DNA of 64,000 nt, from positions 64,001 through 128,000 of the forward strand of contig CAWBZV010000010.1 of NCBI GenBank assembly GCA_963793305.1. Direction: 5' to 3'. The position numbers and the translations under genes are program-made. A model generated the notes under the pieces. That model was not told where the DNA came from, did not search any database, and worked only from the letters and a program-made list of their open reading frames with translations. This document shows positions 30,085 to 40,589 of this stretch, piece after piece. This stretch comes from an uncultured Gemmatimonadales bacterium (lineage in GTDB: Bacteria > Gemmatimonadota > Gemmatimonadetes > Gemmatimonadales > Gemmatimonadaceae). Each line of letters starts with the position of its first letter. The stretch's first letter is position 1.

Positions 30085-30742
30085 TCGCCGTGAGTAACCC
30101 GAGCTTGAGGGCAAAGCGGACGTAATCCGCCCAATGCGCGAGGCCGAGCTTCTCGTGCACGCGTTGCTTGTACGTGTCGACGGTCTTCGCGCTGATCGAG
30201 AGCTTCTCTCCGATCTCGGGCGCCGTATAGCCTTCCGCGGTGAGACGCAACACGTCCCGCTCGCGATCGCTCAACGATTCGTAGCGGTCGCGATCGACCT
30301 TCGCCGGATCCTTTCGCGTGAGCCCCTGCGCGAGCACCCGGGCGGCTGCTTGGCGGACGTAGAGGTCACCGTTCGCCACCCCACGGATCGCATCGATCAG
30401 CTCGCGATCCGCGGATGTCTTGACGACATAACCAGCCGCGCCAGCCTGCAGGATGGGGACGAGGTACTCCTCCTCGGTGTGCATCGTGAGGATGAGCACG
30501 CGCGGGCGCGGACCCTTCGCGACGATCTCCTTCGTCACCTGGAGCCCATCGCCATCTGGCATGTCGAGGTCGAGCACAATGACGTCCGGATCGCAGCGCT
30601 GGGCCATGGCGATCGCCTGAGCTCCTGTGGACGCCTCGCCGACGACGGCCATGTCCTTGGCCGTGGCCAGCACCGCCTTTACGCCCGCACGGACCACGGC
30701 ATGGTCGTCCGCCAATAGCACTCGGATCGTATCGCCCAACAT
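30080..30742 (-). CDS. NarL/LuxR-family response regulator
   Basis: REC domain (LADDH, LDLDMP, LTMH, GYVVK) plus LuxR HTH LSDRERDVLRL...ISAKTVDTY...KLGL. Confidence 0.95.
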   Translation of the reverse strand: MLGDTIRVLLADDHAVVRAGVKAVLATAKDMAVVGEASTGAQAIAMAQRCDPDVIVLDLDMPDGDGLQVTKEIVAKGPRPRVLILTMHTEEEYLVPILQAGAAGYVVKTSADRELIDAIRGVANGDLYVRQAAARVLAQGLTRKDPAKVDRDRYESLSDRERDVLRLTAEGYTAPEIGEKLSISAKTVDTYKQRVHEKLGLAHWADYVRFALKLGLLTAT

Positions 30743-30793
30743 TGGTTCCTCCCCGAAAGTGCTGGGAGAATAGTGAGCCGACGAGCCCGGGCT

Positions 30794-30812
30794 TGTCAGG
30801 TTCTCCCTGACA
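30794..30812. promoter_or_regulatory. Perfect 19-bp palindromic operator
   Basis: TGTCAGG-TTCTC-CCTGACA upstream of the response regulator and the divergent USP-kinase genes. Confidence 0.8.
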
Positions 30813-30832
30813 TCGCGTCAGGCGGTAGCCCA

Positions 30833-31639
30833 ATGCCACGTCGCCCAATTCTGCCGATTATGGGTACTGTGTCTCTCCTCTTGGTCGCAACCGACGGCCG
30901 CGAGTCCTCGGCCGGCGCCGTTCGCCTCGCGCGCCGGTTGGCCGAGTCGCATAGGAGCGACGTCGAGTTGCTGACGGTTGGCGACTCCAGATCCGGACGA
31001 TCCGTCCAGGCCCTCTTGGAAGCCCTCTTCGCCTCGCCCCCCACGTGGCCGCATACAATTGCGCCCGGAGAGATTGGCCCGGCACTCACTCGAATCAGTA
31101 GGGAGCGCGGCGCGTCCATGCTCCTCGTCGGCATGAAGCCGGGCTCGGAACGGCGAACGGCGGTCCGGTTCGCGAGCTTCGCACCCATTCCAGTGCTGGT
31201 CGTGCCCGCTGACGTGGCTGAGGAACCGCGACGGGCACTCCTGACCCTCGATTTCAGCCAGTCCAGCCTGCACGCCGCCACGGTCGCGTTCAAGTTGTTG
31301 GCTAAGCCTGCTCGCGCATTCATGATTTCGGCGGGTCCCAACATCGTGGGCGAGGACCCTGAACCTCACATCGCAGTCCTGTTCGACGCGGTCGAGAACA
31401 TGCTCGGGCTGGACCCTGATATCGCGATCACGCAGCACAGCGTTGCCGGCGAGACGGCTGAAGCGCTGCTCCGGGTCGCCGCGAGCCAGTCTGTCGACCT
31501 CATCTCGGTGGGCCGCTGTGGCCGCTCACATGCTACCTGCTCCAAGCCCGGCGGCATCGGCCGAGTGGCCCGGGCTATCGTCGCCTCCGCATCGTGCGCA
31601 GTGCTGATCGCCGCCTCGCCGAGTCTGCTGCCATCGTAG
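30833..31639 (+). CDS. Universal stress protein (tandem USP)
   Basis: LLVATDG, LDFS..S, DLISVGRCG...G.VARAIV...CAVLI. Confidence 0.85.
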   Translation: MPRRPILPIMGTVSLLLVATDGRESSAGAVRLARRLAESHRSDVELLTVGDSRSGRSVQALLEALFASPPTWPHTIAPGEIGPALTRISRERGASMLLVGMKPGSERRTAVRFASFAPIPVLVVPADVAEEPRRALLTLDFSQSSLHAATVAFKLLAKPARAFMISAGPNIVGEDPEPHIAVLFDAVENMLGLDPDIAITQHSVAGETAEALLRVAASQSVDLISVGRCGRSHATCSKPGGIGRVARAIVASASCAVLIAASPSLLPS

Positions 31640-31705
31640 CCCGATTGCGCAGGTCGTTACGGCACAGGCTCTTGCGATTGTTGAGCCGCCCCAGCAAGAT
31701 GAGAC

Positions 31706-34106
31706 GTGGCGATTCAACCCTCGCTGCTCATCACAGCATTTGAACAGGCGCCCGTCGCGATGCTCGTGCTGGATCCGGACGGATCCGTACAGGTCGCGAA
31801 CCCGCTGGCGCGCGAGTACCTCGCGGTCGAGCTCGCCGACGTGGGATCCGAGGCAGCTGCCTGGTGGCGCCGCGCCGTTCAACGGGCTGCGGAAGGATGC
31901 GTGGAAGTCAGCCAGGTCCAGGGATCAACCGGAGATCGCATTGTCGAATGGGTCATTCGACCTGTTCTGGACGCTGCCCGGAACCTCCTCGGTCTCACCG
32001 CCGAAGGTCAGGAGGTGACGGAAAGGCGGCGACTGGAGCACGAGGCACAGTTGCTCCTGCGGTTGGCGCTCGCCATTGGTCACACGGATTCGCTCGAGCT
32101 CGCGATCGCCGCGGCACTCCGGACCATTTGCGAGGCATCAGGGTGGGCCATGGGGGAGGCCTGGCTCCCTGATGGCGAGGGCGAGGCGACGCGTCTCGTA
32201 CGCGGCGGCCTGTGGACGGCACGAGATGCCAAGATCGAGTCGTTCGCCGCTCAAGGAACGGGCATCAGTTTCACGCGAGGAGATGGTCTCCCGGGTCAAG
32301 CGTGGGTGCGCGCCCAGCCAATGTGGGAACGCCCATTGAGCGCCGCGCGGACGTTCACCCGGGCGCCGCTCGCCGCCGCCGCCGGACTCAGGGCCGCGGT
32401 CGCAATCCCCGTGCTGTCGGGAGATGATGTGGTCGCCGTGCTCAGCTTTTATATGACGGATGCGCGGACCGACGATGCACGGCTGGCGCGCATCACGACC
32501 GCGGTCGCGACGCAACTCGGTCCGCTGATCATCCAGAAACGCGCCGAGGAAACACACCGGTTGGCGGAAGCGAAGCTCGGCGGCATCGTGTCGATCGCGC
32601 GTCGACGCGATCATCTCGATCGACGAGAACCGGCGCATCACGCTCTTCAACTGGGGTGCGGAGCAGATCTTCGGATACGCCGCGGACGAGGCACTCGGGC
32701 AGTCACTCGACATGCTGCTGCCACCCGCCGCCCGCGAGCGCCACGCGTCGCACATCGCGCAGTTCGCGACGTCATCACAAACCGCGCGCCGGATGGGCGA
32801 GCGGTCGCCGATCAACGGACAGCGGAAATCAGGCGAGATCTTTCCCTGCGAGGCGTCGATCTCGCGGTTCCGGGCCGGCGGACGCTGGACGTTCACGGTC
32901 ACGTTGCGCGACATCACGGACCGGCGGCGGACAGAGGAGGGCCTGCGCTTCCTCTCCGAAGCGGGCGCTCTCCTGAGCGACCTCATTCGAGACCCCGGAG
33001 CCCTCGAGCGCGTAGCGCAACGAGCCGTCCCGACGCTCGGCGATGTGTGCGTGATCGATCTCGCCGATGACGCGAGCATTACCACCGTCGCGGTCGCCGC
33101 GACCGATCCGGGTCGGGCCGACGCGATGCGAGCGGAACGCGAACGCGCGCCGCTCACGCGGGGCTCGGATGATCCCGTGATCGACGCGTTGCGCGACGGC
33201 GCCACGCGCCTGGTGCAGGATCATGGCGTGTTCGGCTCGCTGCTCGTCGTCCCACTTGTCGCCCAACAGCGAACGCTCGGCGCCATGAGCTTCGCGATGC
33301 TGCGTGGCGGACGGCGGCATGACCCGTCCTACATCGCACTCGCCGAGCAGCTCGCGGCCCGCGTCGCATTGGCGGTCGATGCCGCTGCGTTGTATCAGCG
33401 CACCCGCCAAGCCGTTGGCGCTCGCGATGAAGTCCTGGCTGTCGTCTCGCACGATCTCCGGAACCCCCTCAGCGCGATCAACATGTGCGTCAGCGCCCTG
33501 CGCGAATCCCAGGCCGATCCGGAGACGACGCGCGAGCTGCTGGGCACCGTCCGTGACTCGGCGACGCTCATGTCACGGATCATTCAAGACTTGCTGGATG
33601 TCGCCAGCATCGACGCCGGCAAGTTGTCGATCGAGCGGCGGCTGCAGCCCATTGCGCCCGTGCTCGGTCACGCGACGGCGATGTTCGAGGCCATAGCGGC
33701 CGAGAATCAGATCACGCTGCGCGAGGACGAGGAGCCGTCGCTCCCCAATGTCGTGATCGATGCCGAACGCGTGCTCCAAGTGCTGGCCAACCTGCTGCAC
33801 AACGCTTGCAAGTTCACGCCGGCCGGCGGCACCGTCCGCGTGCGCGCCGTCACGGTCGCGGACGCGGTCCAGATCTCCGTCTCGGACACGGGGCCCGGGA
33901 TCCCGCACGAGGATCTGCCCCGCGTGTTCGATCGATTCTGGCACGCCCGGCGCGCGGCCAAAATCCGGTCGACGGGCCTCGGACTGGCCATCGCCCGAGG
34001 CATCGTCGAAGCCCACGGCGGCCGGATCTGGGTCGAGAGCAGACCCGGCCAGGGCAGCACCTTCACGTTCACGCTCCCGACCAGCGCGGCGCCCGTTACG
34101 GCGTGA
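31706..34106 (+). CDS. PAS-GAF-PAS-GAF sensor histidine kinase; frameshift near 32600
   Basis: GDGLPG GAF, FNWGAEQIFGY PAS, VSHDLRNPL H-box, NLLHNACKF, DTGPGI, GLGLAI. Confidence 0.9.
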
Positions 34107-35334
34107 ACATGACGAGGGTCGAACTGGCGCCGCTCTGCACGTGCAGCGTCGCATCCCGACCGCTCCGCGCCGTGGACAAGCCGAGGGAATCCACGTGCCC
34201 GATCGCCCGCGTCAGGTGCCGCCGGGCCTCCGTCCCGTCGCTGAACATGAGATCGACGCGACCGTCGTGGTGATCGTACACGGCGCCACGAAACACCAGC
34301 CCGGCGCCCTGCATCTGCGCGCCGAACGCGGGATCATCGACCTCGATCATGGCCCGCCGGCCCGAGTTCCGCGCCGTGACGCCGTCGAGGAGTGCCGCCC
34401 ACAGCGCGCGCTCCGGCGCGGCCAGCCCGCCCATCGCACGCTCCAGCCGAAGCGCGCCAGCCGGCGTGAGCGGTGGACACACGAGGACCGTCGCGGGACA
34501 TCCGTGCAGCACGCTCGTTGCCGTGCTGCCGACGAACAGTCGCTGCAGGACGCCCGGCCCGTGTGTGCCGACCGCGACGAGATCGGCGCCGATCGTGCTC
34601 GCGCACTCGAGAATGCGGTCCACGACCGCGCCCGCGGCGACCTTCGATTCGATCGTGACATCGGCCGGTCGCTCGGCCTCCAACATGGTGCGCAAGCGCT
34701 CGAACGCCGCTTCCATCGCGTCAACGCTTTCGAATTCGGGGAGAGGCCGAACGTGGAACAGCGTCAGCGTGCCTCCGGGCTCGAGCAGTTGGAGCGCGAT
34801 CTCCGCTGCGCGAACGCTGGCCGGCCCGAAGTCGACCGCGACGAGGGCGCGACGGACCAGTCCTTTCCACGCCGGCGCCACCGACAAGACGGGTGCGTGC
34901 GCCACATGGAGCACCTGAGCGGCGCGACCCGATCGATGACGCGGCGTCGCCGCGAGCACGATCAGGCTCGCCGCATGCGCGTCGGCCGCCGAGGCGATCT
35001 CGCGCGCGGTCGAACCATATCGGACCTCGAGCGACCAGTCCGCGGATCGCAGCCCAACGCCCCCGAGCGCACGACGCACGTCGGCCTCGCGCACGCGTCG
35101 GCGCTCCTCCTCCAGCAGCGTCGGCATCGGCACATCACCCGCGCCATAGATCGGATACGTCTCCAGGACGGTCGCGACGATGAGCGGTGCGTGAAACCGC
35201 GCGATGAGCGCTCGCGCCGCATCGATCGATGCATCGGTTGCGTCATGACCATCCGTCGCGAGCACGATCGGCCCCGAGAACACACGCCGTTCGGCCGCCT
35301 CGGCGTCGAGTTGTTCCCTCACGATTGTTGACAT
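34096..35334 (-). CDS. Tandem USP with DUF5335-like C-terminal domain
   Basis: VLATDG, VAVDF, AVGTHG...LFVGSTA, then W..LLDGVTARN.GRR..IEVDD...YDHHD.RVDLM. Confidence 0.85.
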   Translation of the reverse strand: MSTIVREQLDAEAAERRVFSGPIVLATDGHDATDASIDAARALIARFHAPLIVATVLETYPIYGAGDVPMPTLLEEERRRVREADVRRALGGVGLRSADWSLEVRYGSTAREIASAADAHAASLIVLAATPRHRSGRAAQVLHVAHAPVLSVAPAWKGLVRRALVAVDFGPASVRAAEIALQLLEPGGTLTLFHVRPLPEFESVDAMEAAFERLRTMLEAERPADVTIESKVAAGAVVDRILECASTIGADLVAVGTHGPGVLQRLFVGSTATSVLHGCPATVLVCPPLTPAGALRLERAMGGLAAPERALWAALLDGVTARNSGRRAMIEVDDPAFGAQMQGAGLVFRGAVYDHHDGRVDLMFSDGTEARRHLTRAIGHVDSLGLSTARSGRDATLHVQSGASSTLVMFTP

Positions 35335-35345
35335 CGATCCTCCCA

Positions 35346-36812
35346 TCAGACGGGTTCGGGAATCAGATATTGCCAGAGGCCAAGCGCGCGGAGTTGCGGC
35401 GCCTTCTTATGGACGTGCCCGTGCATCCGGGTCAGGACATCGTCGAGCAACGCGATCGCCTCGCCGACATACGGTCCCTTGTTCAGCATGACACACTCTG
35501 CCCGCGCGGACATGGCCGCATCGGTCACCTCGGCGCGCGACGGCGTTCCGCGCTTGACGAACCGCTCGAGCACCTGCGTCGCCCAGATGACCGGCACGTG
35601 CGCGGCCTCGCACACCCACAGGATCTCTTCCTGGATCTCGGCCAGTCGCTCATAGCCGATCTCGACGGCGAGGTCGCCACGGGCGATCATCACGCCCAGT
35701 GGCTGTCGCGACGCGGCCGCCGCGATGATCCCGGGCAGCTCATGCAGCGCGGCGCGCGCCTCGAGCTTGACGATGAGTGGCGGGAGGGGTGCGCCGGATG
35801 GGAGTCGAGATGTGAGCTCGCGTTGGAGGATGGCGATGTCGCTCGGGCTTTCGACGAACGAGTACCCGATGATGTCGGCGAAGCCCAGCACCGCGTCGAG
35901 ATCGGCGAGATCCTTGTCCGTGAGCGGTGCGAGCCCCAGCGATACGCCGGGCACGTTGATGCCCTGATCGGCGAGGATATGCTCGCCCTTCGCGCGCGTG
36001 TCGGTGACCCGGACGACCGCACCTTCGGGAGACACGGCGTGGATCACACCGCCCAGCTTCCCATCATTGATCCAGATCGTTGTGCCGACGACGAGCTTGT
36101 CGAGCACATCGGGGACGACAGCCTCGTGTCGCAGGAGAAAGGTCTGGCCTGGGAGGAAGCGATTCCCGCCCTCCGGCGTGATCGCCTTGGCCAGGCGGAG
36201 CTTGCGTCCCGCCAGATCGACGAGCACGCGACAGGCACGGAACTCGCACCTCGCGGCACGCCGGACGTTGGCGGCCATAGCCGACCAGACCTCGGCGTCA
36301 TCATGCGCGCAATTGATGCGCGCGCAATCCATGCCGGCGCGCACCAGATCGACGGCCACTTCCTCGTCGGTCGCGGCCTCGGGCGGCAGCGTGACCATGA
36401 TGCGCACCGAGCGCTCCGGCGGCATGGGGCCGAAGAGCTCCTCGGTGTTGCGCATCAAACGCCGTGGGCCGCGCTCGAACAGATGGCGATGCGGCCGCAC
36501 GACCCCGTCGGGGGCCACACCGGCGATCGCGCCGAGCGTTGCCGCGACGGCATCGAGCGTCGGCATGACGTGGGACTCGCTGTGGCCGAGGGTCGACACA
36601 CCGAGCGGCGCCAACGCCGCTTGCAGCACCCGCAGATCGTGACCGCGAAGGGCGAGATACGTGGCGAGGTTGCTCGCACTGACGGCGAAGGCGCGCCGGC
36701 AACCGTCGGTGGTCAGCATCGCGTGGATCGCGCGCGCCTCATCCGCCACGGTGTGGCGCATGTCGAGAAACGCCGCGAGGATCTCGTCAGGAGTGTCCAG
36801 TTGCTGTGTCAT
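35346..36812 (-). CDS. pyk: Pyruvate kinase (variant with N-terminal extension)
   Basis: RIMVTLP, ARINCAH, DLAGRKLR, MIARGDLAVE, WATQVLE, PSRAEVTD, CVMLNKG. Confidence 0.9.
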   Translation of the reverse strand: MTQQLDTPDEILAAFLDMRHTVADEARAIHAMLTTDGCRRAFAVSASNLATYLALRGHDLRVLQAALAPLGVSTLGHSESHVMPTLDAVAATLGAIAGVAPDGVVRPHRHLFERGPRRLMRNTEELFGPMPPERSVRIMVTLPPEAATDEEVAVDLVRAGMDCARINCAHDDAEVWSAMAANVRRAARCEFRACRVLVDLAGRKLRLAKAITPEGGNRFLPGQTFLLRHEAVVPDVLDKLVVGTTIWINDGKLGGVIHAVSPEGAVVRVTDTRAKGEHILADQGINVPGVSLGLAPLTDKDLADLDAVLGFADIIGYSFVESPSDIAILQRELTSRLPSGAPLPPLIVKLEARAALHELPGIIAAAASRQPLGVMIARGDLAVEIGYERLAEIQEEILWVCEAAHVPVIWATQVLERFVKRGTPSRAEVTDAAMSARAECVMLNKGPYVGEAIALLDDVLTRMHGHVHKKAPQLRALGLWQYLIPEPV

Positions 36813-37791
36813 GGTCACGCTTCACGGTTTGGCGAATGGTGGACAGCACGCGCCGCAGGTACCGGCGCATACCGCGCGACAGCAGGAACGCATGCCAACC
36901 GAACCAGGGCTGCGCCTCCCAACTGGTCGGCTGGATGCGCGACTCGGCCCGAACGACCGTGCCGCGCTCGCCGGCGTCGTCGAACCAGATATCGGTGACG
37001 ATTTTCTCGTGTCCCGGCTCGTGGAACGCGAGGAACGCCGCTTCGTCACGCATCGGAGACAGACTGAACCGCCCTTTCTCGAACTGGCCGACGAATTCAC
37101 GCGTCACCTCGTGTGGCGCGGCGCCGATCTCGTCGGGCGTGGCGTCAACGGTCACGCGCTCCATGACCCGGCTCCCGAATCTCGGCATGAGCCGATCGAG
37201 GGTCCGACTCGGCAAGGAGAGCGCGCTGGAACGGAATTGGCTCGCCGCGGCATTCTGGAAGAGGTGGTCGGCGAACAGCTCGACGGTCTCCCACGACGTG
37301 AGATCGTGATCACGCGCGGTGTCGGTCGAATAGTGGTAGTGTGCCGCGATGCGTCGGAGGATCCACCGGGTTAATGGATCGTATTGCCGATAGCTCAGCG
37401 CCCCGCCGAAGCTCGCGATCCAGTCCGGTGTCCAATCGATGTCACTCAACAGCTCGCGGAGCGGCCCCAGCGACTCGATGTATGCCTCGTGCGTCCCGAG
37501 GGCCGCCGTGAGGCACACGGAGTAGAACCCGGTCGACGGATGCCGGCGGAGATCCGTCAGATGTGCGCGGATGAACCGCGTCACCGCCGACGGATAGCGC
37601 TGAATGTAGAGCGGCGCGCCGATCAGTACGGTGTCGAACTCGTGGAGACCCGGGCGGGTTCGCGGATCGCCCTCGAGATCGGTGATGGTGACGTCGCACC
37701 CGTAGTTGGCAAGGCGCTGACCGATGTGCTCGGCGATCGCGCGGGTCTGGCCGTGGTGGGACGCGAAGTAGAGACCAATGCGATGTGGCAT
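36787..37791 (-). CDS. HemG-like flavodoxin (menaquinone-dependent protoporphyrinogen oxidase family) with extra C-terminal domain
   Basis: ASHHGQTRAIAEHI, IGAPLY, FYSVCLTA, FGGALSY.QY, DLTSWETV; about 150 additional residues. Confidence 0.75.
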   Translation of the reverse strand: MPHRIGLYFASHHGQTRAIAEHIGQRLANYGCDVTITDLEGDPRTRPGLHEFDTVLIGAPLYIQRYPSAVTRFIRAHLTDLRRHPSTGFYSVCLTAALGTHEAYIESLGPLRELLSDIDWTPDWIASFGGALSYRQYDPLTRWILRRIAAHYHYSTDTARDHDLTSWETVELFADHLFQNAAASQFRSSALSLPSRTLDRLMPRFGSRVMERVTVDATPDEIGAAPHEVTREFVGQFEKGRFSLSPMRDEAAFLAFHEPGHEKIVTDIWFDDAGERGTVVRAESRIQPTSWEAQPWFGWHAFLLSRGMRRYLRRVLSTIRQTVKRDHDTATGHS

Positions 37792-37823
37792 GGCGCAGTA
37801 TCGTCCGAGGCCAACGCGCAGGG

Positions 37824-37864
37824 AGCCGGGGGACACCTGACAAAGCGCACGGGAAACGCCGACT
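37824..37864. promoter_or_regulatory. Two tandem 19-bp operators, 22-bp spacing
   Basis: A-GCCGGG-GGACA-CCTGAC-A (37824) and C-GCACGG-GAAAC-GCCGAC-T (37846). Confidence 0.6.
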
Positions 37865-37917
37865 GTGGTGTCAGTCGCTGTGAGTTACTGTCCAGTCGTA
37901 ACTCAACTGGAGGTTGT

Positions 37918-38376
37918 ATGTTTACCACCACTCTGCAACGCCGGTTCTTCCCACGCGAAGCCGACGCACTCTCGACGCCATTTGGGCGGCTGTTTCCAAG
38001 GGCGCTGACGTTCGAGCCAGAGCTCGTGACCTATCCCGCGGCCGAGGTCGTAGATGCGGAGAAGGAGTTCATCGTGACCCTCGAGGTTCCGGGACTCGTG
38101 AAGGACGACGTCACGATCAATTTCGAGGACGGTGTCCTCTCGATCGCTGGTGAGAAGAAGGAAGAGGCGAAGGACGAGAACCAGAAGTACTATGTGTTCG
38201 AGCGGTCGTACGGCGCTTTCCAGCGCGCGTTCACGTTCGCCACGCCGGTCGATGTCGAGAAGATCGTGGCGACGATGAAGCACGGCGTGCTGACGCTCCA
38301 CCTGCCGAAAATCACGGCCCAGAAGGAGCTCGGGAAGAAGATCCTGATCAGCGAGACGCCCGCAGTCAAAGCGTAA
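37918..38376 (+). CDS. Hsp20/alpha-crystallin small heat-shock protein
   Basis: EVPGL.KDDV, GVLSIAGEK, ERSYGAFQRAF, HGVLTLHLPK; GGAGG RBS. Confidence 0.95.
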   Translation: MFTTTLQRRFFPREADALSTPFGRLFPRALTFEPELVTYPAAEVVDAEKEFIVTLEVPGLVKDDVTINFEDGVLSIAGEKKEEAKDENQKYYVFERSYGAFQRAFTFATPVDVEKIVATMKHGVLTLHLPKITAQKELGKKILISETPAVKA

Positions 38377-38389
38377 GCTCTACTTACCC

Positions 38390-38459
38390 GCGCGCGGAGC
38401 AGGATCGACTTGCCCCGCGCGCCCTTGGCGTCGCTGCTGGCGATCGCCGATCGCCAAGG
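38390..38459. terminator. Two adjacent GC-rich hairpins between convergent genes
   Basis: GCGCGCGG...CCGCGCGC (38390-38422) and CCTTGGCG...CGCCAAGG (38423-38459); no clear U-tract. Confidence 0.4.
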
Positions 38460-38482
38460 CTGAACGACTCGTCATCGCATCG

Positions 38483-39352
38483 TTAGTCGCGGCGTGCCGG
38501 TGCCACTATAACCATGCACCGCTCAGCGTGCAGGAGCTCTGCCGCAACCGTCCCTCTGCCGTGCTTCCCGACACCCATCAGGTCGGCGTCCATGCGTTTG
38601 GCGTATGCGATCACCTCTTCCGCCGGACTCCCGGAGCGGCGAGCGGTCTTGATCTCAATACCCGGCGGCACCTCGAGCTGATCGATCATCGACGAGAACA
38701 GATCGCTGACCGCATCGCGATACGATAGGCCCTCGTCCCGACCGGTGAGCAGCGGGTCGAACGCGGGCGCGACGTGAAGGAGTGTCAGTACGCCGGGCAC
38801 CGCAAGACAGTCGAGCGCCGCCTGCGCCGCGGCGAGACTGGCCTGGCCGAAGTCCGTGCCGACCACCGCGTTCCGAGGCAACGTCGTGACCCACTCCGGG
38901 ACGGCGATCACCGGCACCGTCGAGCGCGCGGCAATGTGCAGCGAGGTCTCCTCGCCCAGGACACGCTCGATGGTATGATGTTGTCCGATGCCGATCACGA
39001 CCGCGGCCACCTTGTCGTGATCCGCGCCGGCGGCGAGGGCATCGGGGACGTGCCCACCAACGACTTCGACGGGCCATTCGTACTCGCGCCCCAGGACGCT
39101 CTGGATGCGGCGGCCGACATCCTCTCTCGCGCGCGCGACGCGGTTCGTCGCCCGCTCATCGGGATAGAGATCCATGCCAGCGAGATAGAGCGGGAGCGGC
39201 TCGAGCACCGTCGTCACATGGATGTCGTTCCCATGCCGACGGCTCAGCGCCTCGGCAACGCGGATGGCGCCCGCCGCATCCGCACGGCCGTCGAGCGCCA
39301 GCAGCACCGGCGCGCCAGCCCGTTCAGTAGTCGAGAGTCGTGTCGCAGTCAT
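38483..39352 (-). CDS. Universal stress protein (tandem USP)
   Basis: LLALDG, IGIGQH...LGEET, VGTDF, DLMGVGKHG. Confidence 0.88.
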   Translation of the reverse strand: MTATRLSTTERAGAPVLLALDGRADAAGAIRVAEALSRRHGNDIHVTTVLEPLPLYLAGMDLYPDERATNRVARAREDVGRRIQSVLGREYEWPVEVVGGHVPDALAAGADHDKVAAVVIGIGQHHTIERVLGEETSLHIAARSTVPVIAVPEWVTTLPRNAVVGTDFGQASLAAAQAALDCLAVPGVLTLLHVAPAFDPLLTGRDEGLSYRDAVSDLFSSMIDQLEVPPGIEIKTARRSGSPAEEVIAYAKRMDADLMGVGKHGRGTVAAELLHAERCMVIVAPARRD

Positions 39353-39410
39353 CGGTCCATCCTCGGAGTGAGTGAGTACCCACAGGATGGCGCGTGGGGC
39401 GCGATGGGTC

Positions 39411-39473
39411 TGTCAGGGGCCCTAAGCGAATGCGTAGGGGATACTCGGACGCAAACGTGGCAACCCCCTGACG
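39411..39473. promoter_or_regulatory. Three tandem degenerate operators, 22-bp spacing
   Basis: T-GTCAGG-GGCCC-TAAGCG-A (39411), C-GTAGGG-GATAC-TCGGAC-G (39433), A-CGTGGC-AACCC-CCTGAC-G (39455). Confidence 0.6.
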
Positions 39474-39507
39474 TTGTGCGGCGCGACGACGGCCGACATT
39501 CAAACCC

Positions 39508-39744
39508 ATGCGATCCGACATTGCACTCCACGCCGCCGTCCGCACAGCCCTGCGAGGGGTACTCGGCCCCGCATCGATGCGGGTCGGCGTCACGGTGGTC
39601 GACGGAAGCGTGACCCTGAGTGGTGATGTGGACGCGTCCGATGAGCGGATCAATGCCGCCTGCGCCGTCCGGCGCATCGCCGATGTGCGGGCTCTGGCCG
39701 ACGGCATTCATGTCACACACCCGACATATGCGCACCCCAACTGA
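39508..39744 (+). CDS. Single BON-domain protein
   Basis: MRSDIAL...GVTVVDGSVTLSGDV...VRALADGI. Confidence 0.75.
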   Translation: MRSDIALHAAVRTALRGVLGPASMRVGVTVVDGSVTLSGDVDASDERINAACAVRRIADVRALADGIHVTHPTYAHPN

Positions 39745-40570
39745 TGGCGGCGTCCTCGTGGCGTCGCATTATGGCGATGGATCGGACGCGGCCGCGCGGC
39801 TCGCCTCGGCCTTCGCCGCCCGGCGACACGTCCCGATCGAAGCGCTGGCGGTCGTCGAGCCGATCGCGCCCGATCTCGCCGCGTACTCGCCGAATTTCGT
39901 GGCGCTGGAGGCCGAGCGGAATCGCTGGTTGTACGCATCCGCGCCCCACGATCTCCCCGTGGTCATTCAAGAGGGGCGTCCAGCGGAACGTATCGCCGCG
40001 CGCGCCAAGGCGATTGGCGCGACCCTCATCGCGATGGGGATCGGACACCACGACGTCGTGAATCGATTGTTGGGCGTCGAAACAGCAATCGCCGTGCTGC
40101 ATCGCGCGTCGGTGCCAGTGCTGGCCGCGCAACCGAGAGCGATGGCCCCGATGCGGTCGATCGTGATCGCTACCGACTTCAGCCCGGCCGCGCAACACGC
40201 CGCGCAGCTCGCCATGACGCTCGCGTCGGACGATGTGGCGCTGCACGTCGTGCACGTGTGGCCGTGGATGGACCTCGGTGGGTCCAACGCCCCAGTCTGG
40301 CGCCACGTCTATCGGGCCGGGGTACAGGCGAAATTCGACCAGTTGATTCGATCCCTGGATCTGCCGCCCAACGCCTCGATCTCGCTACACCTGGAGCGTG
40401 GAGCGGCCCAGCGGGTGATTCGCTCGATCGCGACGACGCATCACGCGGATCTCATCGCGCTGGGCAGCCATGGGAAAGGGTTCGTCGATCGCCTGATGCT
40501 GGGGAGCGTGGCGGAGGCAGTGCTCCGCCAGGCCGACTGCTCCGTCTTGATCGCACCCCCCGCCGCGTAA
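39728..40570 (+). CDS. Universal stress protein (tandem USP)
   Basis: MGIGHH...LLGVET, IATDFS, DLIALGSHG...LGSVAE.VLR...CSVLI. Confidence 0.9.
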   Translation: MRTPTDGGVLVASHYGDGSDAAARLASAFAARRHVPIEALAVVEPIAPDLAAYSPNFVALEAERNRWLYASAPHDLPVVIQEGRPAERIAARAKAIGATLIAMGIGHHDVVNRLLGVETAIAVLHRASVPVLAAQPRAMAPMRSIVIATDFSPAAQHAAQLAMTLASDDVALHVVHVWPWMDLGGSNAPVWRHVYRAGVQAKFDQLIRSLDLPPNASISLHLERGAAQRVIRSIATTHHADLIALGSHGKGFVDRLMLGSVAEAVLRQADCSVLIAPPAA

Positions 40571-40589
40571 GGGCTTCGCGGCGCCACGT

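Noticed and set aside
31660..31677. Sigma-54-like sequence CGGCACAGGCTCTTGC before the kinase
   Set aside because: The GG-to-GC spacing is 11 nt rather than the required 10
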